The notes below the pieces were generated by a model. That model was not told where the DNA came from. It made no database searches and saw only the letters and a list, made by a program, of their open reading frames with translations. From the NCBI GenBank assembly GCA_963711215.1, contig CAVQDH010000002.1, positions 1,110,134 through 1,174,133 of the forward strand: 64,000 nucleotides of DNA. Direction: 5' to 3'. Numbering within the stretch: position 1 is the first letter of the stretch; every line of letters begins with the position of its first letter. A program made the position numbers and the translations under genes. Source of the DNA: an uncultured Alphaproteobacteria bacterium (GTDB taxonomy: Bacteria; Pseudomonadota; Alphaproteobacteria; UBA8366). This document shows, one piece after another, positions 53,379 through 64,000 of this stretch.

Positions 53379-55490
53379 ATGCCGCCGATATCCATCAGCA
53401 GCGGCGGCCGCTTCTTCCTGTTCGTGCTCTTCGTCGGGATCGCCTTCGGCATCCTGTACTATCTCGAGCGGACGATCGGCTTTCCGGCCGAGGCCCGCGT
53501 CCCGATCTACGCGACCGTCGGCATGGTGGGAACGATCGGGCTGATCCTGATCTGGGGCGCGCTGCGCGGGCAGCGCCGCATGGCGCAGTCGATCGTCGAG
53601 CGCATCGGCATGGTCACCGGGGCCGGCATCGCCATCGAGGAAGCGGAAGGGCGCCTGACCTATGTCAACGGTCCGTTCCTCGAGTTCCTGGGCCTGTGCG
53701 GCGCGGAAACGCGGGAGGAGGAAGGCCTCTGGACCATGTATGTCTTCCGCACCCAGAACGAGGCGGCGCGCACGTTCAAGAAGCTGCGTGCGGATGCCCT
53801 CAAGGCCGTCGCCAGCCGCGAGATCATTCATTTGCCGCGGAGCGGCCGCGACCCGCTGCGGCTCGTGCTGGGGGCGGCGCCCGGCAACGCCGGGGAAGTG
53901 ATCTGGACCAGCCAGGGGCTGTCCAGCTATCGCCGCGAGGAAGCGCTGTCCGCCGAGCTCGCCGGCCTGCGTAACCAGCTGGAAACCGTGCCGGTCGGCA
54001 TGGCCGTGCTCGACTCCCATGGCTGCGTGGTCGAATGCAACCCGGCCTGCCGCGACCTGCTCGTCTGCGACGATCCGATCAACCAGCCGATCGTCGAGTT
54101 CGTCCGCCCGGCCGACCGCGCCGTCCTGGCGCAGCGCCTGTCGGGCATGCTCGACGACACGCAGATGGCGGTGCCGATCGATGTCGAGATCGAGGGGACG
54201 GGCCATCGCGTCGTCTCGATGTATTTCTCGCGCCGTCCCGCCGAGACCGAGACCGAGGCGCATGGCCCCGGCGGCCTTGCGCTCCACATGATCGACACGA
54301 CGGAGAAAAAGAAGCTCGAGATCCAGTTCTCCCAGTCGCAGAAGATGCAGGCGGTCGGCCAGCTCGCCGGCGGCATCGCGCACGACTTCAACAACCTGCT
54401 GACCGCAATGATCGGCTTCTGCGACCTGCTGCTGCAGCGCTACCAGCCGGGCGAGCAGAGCTTCTCCGACATCATGCAGATCAAGCAGAACGCCAACCGC
54501 GGCGCGCGCCTGGTGCGCCAGCTGCTGGCCTTCTCGCGCCAGCAAACGCTGCAGCCGCGCGTGCTCGACGTCACCGACGTGCTGACCGAGCTGTCGAGCC
54601 TGCTGCACCGGCTGCTCGGCGAATCGGTCGACCTGAAATTCGTGCACGGCCGCGACCTCGGCAAGGTCAAGGTCGACCAGGGCCAGCTCGAGCAGGTCAT
54701 CATCAACCTCGCGGTCAACGCGCGGGACGCGATGCCGCGCGGCGGCAAGCTGATCATCGGCACGCGCAACTGCAGCCTGTTGTCCGAGATCGACCGGGCG
54801 CATGCCGAGATCATGCCCGCCGGCGACTACGTCATGATCACCGTGACCGACACGGGCATCGGCATGCCGCAGCACGTGCTCGACCGCATCTTCGATCCGT
54901 TCTTCACGACCAAGGAGGTCGGCTCGGGCACCGGGCTGGGGCTGGCCACCGTCTACGGCATCATCAAGCAGACCGGCGGCTTCATCTTCGCCGACAGCGA
55001 GGGCGAGAGTAAGGGCGCCATCTTCACCATCTATCTGCAGCGCTACGAAGGGAAGGAAGAGCGGACGAGCGCCCGCGCCCCGGTCGAGCGCCCGCCCGCG
55101 GCCAAGGACCTGACCGGCGGCGGCACGATCATGCTGGTCGAGGACGAGGACCCGGTGCGGATGTTCGGCGCACGCGCGCTGCGCAGCAAGGGCTACGAGG
55201 TGATCGAGGCGCGCAACGGCGAGCAGGCGATCGAGCTGCTGAACGACACGCCGATCGACCTGCTGATCACCGACATGGTGATGCCGAAGGCCGACGGCGC
55301 CGCGGTGGTCGCCGCTGCGCGCAAGAAGATGCCCGGCGTCCCGGTCATCTGCATCTCGGGCTATGCCCAGGAATCCGTGATCCGCGAGGTCGAGAGCCTC
55401 GACAACGTCAATTTCCTCGCCAAGCCCTTCAGCCTCCGCCAGCTCGCCGGCAAGGTCAAGGAAGTGCTGGAGAAGCAGCCCTCGGCGTAA
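53379..55490 (+). CDS. CckA-like hybrid sensor histidine kinase (2 TM, PAS, HisKA, HATPase, receiver)
   Basis: H-box AGGIAHDFNNLLTAMIGFCDLLL; N, G1 and G2 boxes (NLAVNARDAMP, DTGIGM, GSGTGLGL); C-terminal receiver (LLITDMVMP...KPF). The start could instead be the TTG at 53277, overlapping the flhB stop. Confidence 0.8.
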   Translation: MPPISISSGGRFFLFVLFVGIAFGILYYLERTIGFPAEARVPIYATVGMVGTIGLILIWGALRGQRRMAQSIVERIGMVTGAGIAIEEAEGRLTYVNGPFLEFLGLCGAETREEEGLWTMYVFRTQNEAARTFKKLRADALKAVASREIIHLPRSGRDPLRLVLGAAPGNAGEVIWTSQGLSSYRREEALSAELAGLRNQLETVPVGMAVLDSHGCVVECNPACRDLLVCDDPINQPIVEFVRPADRAVLAQRLSGMLDDTQMAVPIDVEIEGTGHRVVSMYFSRRPAETETEAHGPGGLALHMIDTTEKKKLEIQFSQSQKMQAVGQLAGGIAHDFNNLLTAMIGFCDLLLQRYQPGEQSFSDIMQIKQNANRGARLVRQLLAFSRQQTLQPRVLDVTDVLTELSSLLHRLLGESVDLKFVHGRDLGKVKVDQGQLEQVIINLAVNARDAMPRGGKLIIGTRNCSLLSEIDRAHAEIMPAGDYVMITVTDTGIGMPQHVLDRIFDPFFTTKEVGSGTGLGLATVYGIIKQTGGFIFADSEGESKGAIFTIYLQRYEGKEERTSARAPVERPPAAKDLTGGGTIMLVEDEDPVRMFGARALRSKGYEVIEARNGEQAIELLNDTPIDLLITDMVMPKADGAAVVAAARKKMPGVPVICISGYAQESVIREVESLDNVNFLAKPFSLRQLAGKVKEVLEKQPSA

Positions 55491-55564
55491 AGGGCGGGCG
55501 TCCTCTCTGAGAGCTTGCACCGCCTGACCGGCTTGCTGGAGCTGAGCCGGCATCGCGCCGGGCC

Positions 55565-57114
55565 TCACGCCGCCGGCGGCGTACCAGGCCGTGTCCGGGT
55601 CCATCGGATAGACCGGGCGCGGCAGCTTCTTCCATGGGAAGTTCGCCAGGTTGGGCGAGGTCAGGCCGGGCACGTCGATCTCGAAGATGCGCTCGGGCGG
55701 GAAGATGTGCTGGAAGCCCGCCCGGAAATGCCCGCGCGACTTGACCACCGCGCAGCGCGCCTTGGCGGCGTCCAGGCCGAAATGCTGGAAATAGTCGTTG
55801 CTGAGGCATTGCTGGCGGATCGAGATGACGATGATCCGGACGTCGCCCCCATTCTGGCGGATGCGCAGCAGGCAGGACGCGGCCGAGCTGGACGGTACGG
55901 CCCTTGACCATGCCGACGGTGCCGACGAATTGGCCCTCGGACAGCTTTTCCACGACCGCGTCGGTGGTAAAGGGGAGGGAGAACTGGTCCTTCTCCGCGC
56001 TGTTGAAGTCGGCCTTGATCTTGGCGCCTTCGCCCGCCTTGAAGGCCTTCTCGACCAGCGGCGCATCGTTGAACACGCCGAACAGGGCATCCGGCACGCC
56101 CGCTTCGACGAAGGCCTTCAGTACATAGGTCGTGTTGCCGCGGCCGCCGCCGCCGGGATTGTCGGCCGGGTCGCAGAACAGCAGGTTCGGGCGGCTCGTG
56201 TCGCGCCCGACCTCGAGCGCCATGCCGACAGCCTTATCGAGCGGCGTCAGCCGCGTCTGGTAGCGCGCCCGGTCGGCCCAGCCGGCGATCGCCAGCTCGC
56301 GCGCGGCGGCCTTGGCCTTGGCCGCGTCCTTGCGCGCGGTCACGATCACCGTCATGCCGTTGCGGTCGGTATCGCTCCAGGCGAAGCCGCCGAGGATGGT
56401 GACGTTCATGATATCCGGGCCGACCTTGGTCTGGCCCAGCCGGATCAGGTCGCCATAGGGATGACCCTCGGCGGTCAGCAGGGTGACCGAGGGCGCGACC
56501 AGCGGAATGCGGATCGCCGCCGCCTTCGGCCTGACGCCGTCGAACATCTCCAGCATGCAGCGCGCGGCCTCCTGGCCCCGCTCGTAAGCGTCGACATGCG
56601 GGTTGGTGCGATAGCCGATCAGGATGTCGGTCGCCTCCACCATGCGCTCGGAGACGTTGGCGTGCAGGTCGAGGGTGGCGATCACGGGCACGTCCGGCCC
56701 GACGGCGCGGCGGGCCAGGGCGAAGACCTCGCCATCCGGGTCGTCGTTCTCGCTGGACAGGCCGGCGCCGTGCTCGCAGCAATAGACGCCGTCGAGTTTT
56801 CCCGCTTTTTCAAGGCCGTCGCGCATCGTCTCCAGAAGATGGTCGAAGAATTTCTGGTCCGCCGGGCCGTTCGGGTGCGCCGCCGCGAAGACGATCGGCA
56901 CCGGCTCCCAGGGGCCGCTGGCGTCCATCACCTGATAGAAGCCGCAGATCCCGCCGTTGATCACCGGCGCCGGGCGGCGGGCGTCTTTGCTGATATCCTC
57001 GCCGTAGAACAGCCCGCGGTCGCGGAACTCCTTCTCGCCGCAGATCGGGGAGAAGCGGTTGGTCTCGAGGCTGAAGCCCATAATGGCAATGCGTTTCGGG
57101 CGGTCGGCGGGCAT
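55565..57114 (-). pseudogene. MlrC-family (M81, microcystinase-C-like) peptidase, about two frame breaks (possible artefact)
   Basis: N-terminus KRIAIMGFSLETNRFSP and body in ORF 55456-57114. The conserved C-part (DVRIIVISIRQQCLSNDYFQHFGLD...VVKSRGHFRAGF) is in the frame of ORF 53226-56090, with the junction at 55881-55882. A stop reachable by a further +1 shift at 55565-55567 gives a length of 3n+2. Confidence 0.65.
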
Positions 57115-57269
57115 GGGATTTCCTTTGTGTCGAGCGTGGCAAGAGGGGGACTGGACGCGACTTCGAATTTCAACATTATAGGCAGTGCGCGGGCCGCGTA
57201 TAGCCGTCCGCTTGCCCCCCGCCGACGGCCTTTTTAGGTACAGCCTCAGTCTTCAAGGAGAATGACAGC

Positions 57270-58774
57270 ATGAGCGACATCGACATGACCGGTGTGGACA
57301 TCATCGTCGTGGGGGCCGGCAACGCCGCTGCTTGCGCCGCGCTCTCGGCCGTCGAGCATGGCGCCAAGGTGCTGATGCTGGAGACCGCGCCCAAGCAGTC
57401 GCGCGGCGGCAACTCCGCCTTCACCGGCGGCGCCTTCCGATTCGCCTACAACGGCGTCGACGACCTGATGCAGCTCTGCCCGAGCCTCGCAGGACGAGGA
57501 TCTCGACAACATCGACTTCGGCACCTACACGCACGAGCAGTACTACGACGACGTCTTCCGCATGACGCAATACCGCTCGGACCCGGACCTGACCGAGGTG
57601 CTGATCACCAACAGCTTCGAGACGGCGAAGTGGATGACCACCCACGGTATCCAGCTCATCCCGTCCCTCGGCCGCCAGGCCTTCAAGGTCGACGGCAAGT
57701 TCAAGTTCTGGGGCGGGCTGGCGCTGCGCATCAACGGCGGCGGCGAGCAGCTCGTCGAGACCCTGCACGAGAAGGCGGAGAAGGCGGGCATCCGCGTCGT
57801 CTACGAGGCGACCGCGATCGACCTGCTGACCGACGGCGACGGCGGTGTCTGCGGCGTGCGCTGCCGCCACGGCGGTCGGACGCACGACCTCAAGGCCAAG
57901 GCGGTGGTGCTGGCCTGCGGCGGCTTCGAGTCGAACCAGGCGATGCGCGCGCGCTATCTCGGCCCGGGCTGGGACCTCGCCAAGGTGCGCGGCACGCGAG
58001 TTCAACAACGGCGAAGGGCTGGAGATGGCGCTCCGCATCGGCGCCATGCCCTATGGCCACTGGTCGGGTTGCCACGCGGTCGCCTGGGACCTCAACGCGC
58101 CGCCCTATGGCGATCTCGCGATCGGCGACCAGTTCCAGAAGCACAACGTGCCCTTCAGCATCGTCGTCAATGCCAACGGCGAGCGCTTCCGCGACGAGGG
58201 CGAGGACTTCCACAGCTACTGCTATGCGCGCTACGGCGGCGAGATCCTGCAGCAGCCGGGCATGTTCGCCTGGCAGATCTTCGACCAGAAGGTGACGCAT
58301 CTGCTGCGCAGCGAATACCATATCCGCCGCATCACCAAGGTGACGGCGGACACCATCGAGGCGCTGGCCGAGAAGCTCGACGGCGTGAACGCGCAGAACT
58401 TCATCCGCACGGTGAAGGAATTCAACGCCGCCTGCCGGACCGACGTGCCGTTCGACCCGAACGTCCATGACGGCCGCTGCACCGAGGGGCTGCGCATCAA
58501 CAAGTCGAACTGGGCCAACCCGCTCGACACGCCGCCCTATGAGGCCTTCGCCGTGACCGCGGGCGTCACCTTCACCTTCGGCGGCATCAAGGTCAGCACG
58601 CTGGCCGAGGCGGAGCGCCACGGCAAGAAGAAGATCCCCGGCCTGTACGCGGCGGGCGAGATGGTCGGCGGCCTCTACTTCCACAACTACGCCAGCGGCA
58701 CCGGGCTGATGGCCGGCGCCACCTTCGGCCGCATCGCCGGCCGCGAGGCGGCGGGGTATGTGAAGGGGGCGTGA
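57270..58774 (+). pseudogene. FAD-dependent oxidoreductase (fumarate-reductase/TcuA-like flavoprotein), two frame breaks (possible artefact)
   Basis: GxGxxA dinucleotide fold (DIIVVGAGNAAACAAL). Three consecutive frames (57270, 57562, 57845) carry collinear pieces. The junctions are near 57485-57486 and 57990-58000. Length is 3n+2. Confidence 0.7.
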
Positions 58775-58868
58775 GTCGCGGGGCGAGGCGGCGTTCCGGC
58801 GCCGCCGGCTCCCTGAATCTGGGGCGGTGTTTCTATTTTAAATAGCTGAATTCACACATATTCTATGG

Positions 58869-58908
58869 GAACAAAAAAAGAACTTGCGGACTGGAACAAA
58901 ATAGGTAC
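58869..58908 (+). promoter_or_regulatory. LexA (SOS) boxes of the alphaproteobacterial GAAC-N7-GAAC type upstream of recA
   Basis: GAACAAAAAAAGAAC (58869-58883) is a perfect match. GAACAAAATAGGTAC (58894-58908) has one mismatch. Confidence 0.7.
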
Positions 58909-59033
58909 ATAGTTCGTCATCGGTTGTACCGGGGTTGCATCGCGGCGGCTTGAGAACACCCGAGGCGGGAAGTCCCGCCGCTGCGGCAGATTGCATCGCC
59001 CCTTGCCCTGTGGAATAAGAAGGGAAATTAACC

Positions 59034-60128
59034 ATGATGAACCCGGCCCTACGCCTCGTCGAAAAGGACACGATGGACAAGCAGAAAGCCCTGGAGGCGG
59101 CCCTCACCCAGATCGAGCGGTCGCATGGCAAGGGCTCGATCATGAAGCTCGGCCAGCAGACGGCGGTCGAGGTGGAGTCGGTGCCCACCGGCTCGCTCGG
59201 CCTCGACATCGCGCTCGGCATCGGCGGCTTGCCGCGCGGCCGCGTCGTCGAGATCTACGGGCCGGAAAGCTCGGGCAAGACCACGCTGGCGCTGCATGTG
59301 CTGGCGGAGGCGCAGAAGCTCGGCGGTACCTGCGCCTTCATCGACGCGGAGCACGCGCTCGACCCCGGCTACGCCAAGAAGCTCGGCGTCAACCTGGACG
59401 ATCTCCTGATCTCCCAGCCCGACGCCGGCGAGCAGGCGCTCGAGATCGCCGATACGCTGGTCCGCTCCGGCGCGATAGACGTCATGGTCATCGACTCGGT
59501 GGCGGCGCTCGTGCCGCGGGCCGAGCTCGAGGGCGAGATGGGCGACAACCATGTCGGCCTGCACGCCCGCCTGATGAGCCAGGCGCTGCGCAAGCTGACC
59601 GGCTCGATCAACCGCTCGAAGACCATGGTCATCTTCATCAACCAGATCCGCATGAAGATCGGCGTCATGTTCGGCAGCCCGGAGACCACGACCGGCGGCA
59701 ACGCGCTCAAATTCTACGCCAGCGTCCGGCTCGATATCCGCCGCATCGGCCAGATCAAGGACCGCGACAACGTGGTCGGCAACCAGACGCGTGTGAAGGT
59801 GGTCAAGAACAAGGTCGCGCCGCCCTTCAAGGTGGTCGAGTTCGACATCATGTACGGCGAGGGCGTGTCCAAGACCGGCGAGCTGCTCGACCTCGGCGTC
59901 AATGCCGGGATCATCGAGAAGTCCGGGGCCTGGTTCTCCTACAAGGATCAGCGGATCGGCCAGGGCCGGGAAAACTCCAAGACCTTCCTCAAGGAGAATA
60001 CGGAGATCGCGGCCGAGATCGAGCGCCGCATCCGCGAGAATGCCGGCATCCTGTCGGAAGTCATGCTGGAAGGCCCGACCGCCGAGGAGGCGGCCGACGA
60101 CCCGGTCGACGTGGCCGAGGAGGCATAG
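59034..60128 (+). CDS. recA: Recombinase RecA
   Basis: Walker [10 protein letters not shown], and full-length collinearity with RecA. The N-terminus [20 protein letters not shown] matches alphaproteobacterial RecA. Confidence 0.97.
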   Translation: MMNPALRLVEKDTMDKQKALEAALTQIERSHGKGSIMKLGQQTAVEVESVPTGSLGLDIALGIGGLPRGRVVEIYGPESSGKTTLALHVLAEAQKLGGTCAFIDAEHALDPGYAKKLGVNLDDLLISQPDAGEQALEIADTLVRSGAIDVMVIDSVAALVPRAELEGEMGDNHVGLHARLMSQALRKLTGSINRSKTMVIFINQIRMKIGVMFGSPETTTGGNALKFYASVRLDIRRIGQIKDRDNVVGNQTRVKVVKNKVAPPFKVVEFDIMYGEGVSKTGELLDLGVNAGIIEKSGAWFSYKDQRIGQGRENSKTFLKENTEIAAEIERRIRENAGILSEVMLEGPTAEEAADDPVDVAEEA

Positions 60129-60258
60129 GGCGCGCGCCATCCCGTTATCAGAGGCAAGAGGTGTTACCCCCAGGAAGACGATGAAGGCACTGTTACCACC
60201 CACCGGGTAGCCCGGCATGTTACCGGCCGGGATGCCAGAAGCTACCCCTTCGACCCTG

Positions 60259-60294
60259 CTGCGGCGCGGCCCCCTACCGCGCCGCAGTGCTTTT
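60259..60294 (+). terminator. Rho-independent terminator after recA
   Basis: CTGCGGCGCGG-N7-CCGCGCCGCAG followed by TGCTTTTG. Confidence 0.7.
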
Positions 60295-60560
60295 GCGGTC
60301 GGGTCTTTTGCAGCCGGGCCGGTTGCGCCGGGCATGGCCGCCCGCCGCGCCCGGCCGCCGCGTCCCGCGGTTGAACCGGGGTGATTTCGTCATAGTTTCT
60401 GCCAGGCTGGAAGGCGCCGCGGGCGCGCCGTTTGCTGGACAGCGACCGGCGCAGCGGGGTACAACCGCGATCGGCCTTTTTTCCCGTTTTTCGAGGGTTT
60501 TGCGGCCGGACCGCGGGGCGGACAGCCGTCCGGCCGATAGCCGAAGGCGGTCGCCGGTGA

Positions 60561-60590
60561 GGGATGAGGGTGACGGGTGAGGGTGACGGG
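60561..60590 (+). repeat. G-tract tandem repeat (G-quadruplex-type motif) just upstream of the alaS start
   Basis: GGGATGAGGGTGACGGGTGAGGGTGACGGG: five G3 runs with 3-4 nt spacers, including a direct repeat of GTGAGGGTGACGG. It ends 20 nt before the ATG. Confidence 0.6.
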
Positions 60591-60609
60591 CGAAAGTGAA
60601 GAGTATGCG

Positions 60610-63285
<2,676 letters not shown>

Positions 63286-63366
63286 AGGGCGTGGCCGGCT
63301 TGATCGAAATCTCACCGCGGCCTAAGCTTTGCCGCACCGCAACAACCAGCAGAATCAGGAAAATTC

Positions 63367-64000
63367 ATGCGATTCGAAGGAACCGATAGCTACGTCGCGA
63401 CCGAGGACCTGATGGTTGCGGTCAACGCGGCGATCAATCTCGAGCGCCCGCTGCTGATCAAGGGCGAGCCGGGAACCGGCAAGACGATCCTCGCGCATGA
63501 GATCGCCCGGGCGCTGAAGACGCCGCTGATCGAATGGCACATCAAATCGACCACCAAGGCGCAGCACGGCCTCTACGAATACGACGCGGTCAAGCGCCTG
63601 CGCGACAGCCAGCTCGGCGACGGGCGGGTGCAGGACATCGGCAACTACATCGTGCGCGGCAAGCTGTGGGAGGCGTTCGAGGCCGACGAACGGCCGGTGC
63701 TGCTGATCGACGAGATCGACAAGGCGGACATCGAGTTCCCGAACGACCTCCTGCTCGAGCTCGACCGCATGGAATTCTATGTCTACGAGACGCGGACCCT
63801 GATCAAGGCGCGCCAGCGTCCGATTGTCATTATCACGTCGAACAACGAGAAGGAGCTGCCGGACGCCTTCCTGCGCCGCTGTTTCTTCCACTACATCGCC
63901 TTTCCCGACAAGGAGACGATGGCCGAGATCATCGAGGTGCACTATCCCGACATCCAGAACATGCTGGTGCGCGAAGCCCTCAAGGTCTTCTACGAAATCC
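63367..64000 (+). CDS. MoxR-like AAA+ ATPase (partial, runs off the window)
   Basis: Not in the ORF track because it has no stop in the window. Translation MRFEGTDSYVATEDLMVAVNAAINLERPLLIKGEPGTGKT...VLLIDEIDKADIEFPNDLL shows Walker A and B. Confidence 0.8.
   Translation, partial: MRFEGTDSYVATEDLMVAVNAAINLERPLLIKGEPGTGKTILAHEIARALKTPLIEWHIKSTTKAQHGLYEYDAVKRLRDSQLGDGRVQDIGNYIVRGKLWEAFEADERPVLLIDEIDKADIEFPNDLLLELDRMEFYVYETRTLIKARQRPIVIITSNNEKELPDAFLRRCFFHYIAFPDKETMAEIIEVHYPDIQNMLVREALKVFYEI

Noticed and set aside
53226-56090. 954-aa minus-strand ORF spanning the histidine kinase region.
   Set aside because: Only its first ~175 codons (56090 down to about 55565) are real coding sequence, as the shifted C-terminal part of the MlrC-like gene. 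The remainder is antisense to the kinase gene.
4825-58000. Programmed ribosomal frameshifting as an explanation for the split genes.
   Set aside because: There are no slippery heptamers or downstream stimulatory structures at the junctions. The breaks sit at simple base runs in many unrelated genes, including metabolic ones, which argues for sequence error.

Overview
GC-rich alphaproteobacterial chromosome segment. About 55 kb of it (115-55490) is a flagellar and motility supercluster. At the right end are housekeeping genes: an MlrC-like peptidase, an FAD oxidoreductase, recA, alaS and a partial MoxR-like ATPase. Genes I recognise: flbD, motA, fliN, fliH, fliG, fliF, a SciP-like regulator, flgE, flgD, fliK, flaG, two tandem flagellins, flbT, flaF, flgL, flgK, an FlgN-like gene, a rod-binding (FlgJ-N-like) gene, flgI, fliX, dksA, flgH, flgA, flgG, flgF, fliL, fliM, a DUF6468-like gene, a MotE-like gene, cheY, cheZ, a MotB paralogue, motB, a 1182-aa periplasmic repeat/TPR protein, fliP, fliO, a FlhB-C-terminal-like gene, flgB, flgC, fliE, fliQ, fliR, flhB and a CckA-like hybrid kinase. 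Between flaG and the flagellins lies a ~10.4-kb sugar-modification island (12220-22606). It holds a PhyH-type dioxygenase, a beta-propeller protein, a NeuD-like acyltransferase, two TPR-GT41 (OGT-like) glycosyltransferases, WbqC, a TPR-GT9-like protein and a DegT aminotransferase. A second TPR-GT9-like gene sits on the other side of the flagellins. I found eight sigma-54 type (-24 GG / -12 GC) promoters in front of hook, rod, ring, filament and flaG genes. Six of them have a recurring CGGCAA-N3-TTGCCG-like palindrome nearby (five upstream, one downstream of the promoter), and three also have IHF-consensus sites. At least 14 single-base frame breaks interrupt otherwise well-conserved genes; these look like homopolymer sequencing errors rather than real decay. 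I saw no tRNA, rRNA, CRISPR array, transposase or integrase. fliI, fliJ, flhA, fliD, fliS, flgM and fliA are not in this window. All family assignments come from reading motifs in the translations; no database search was possible.
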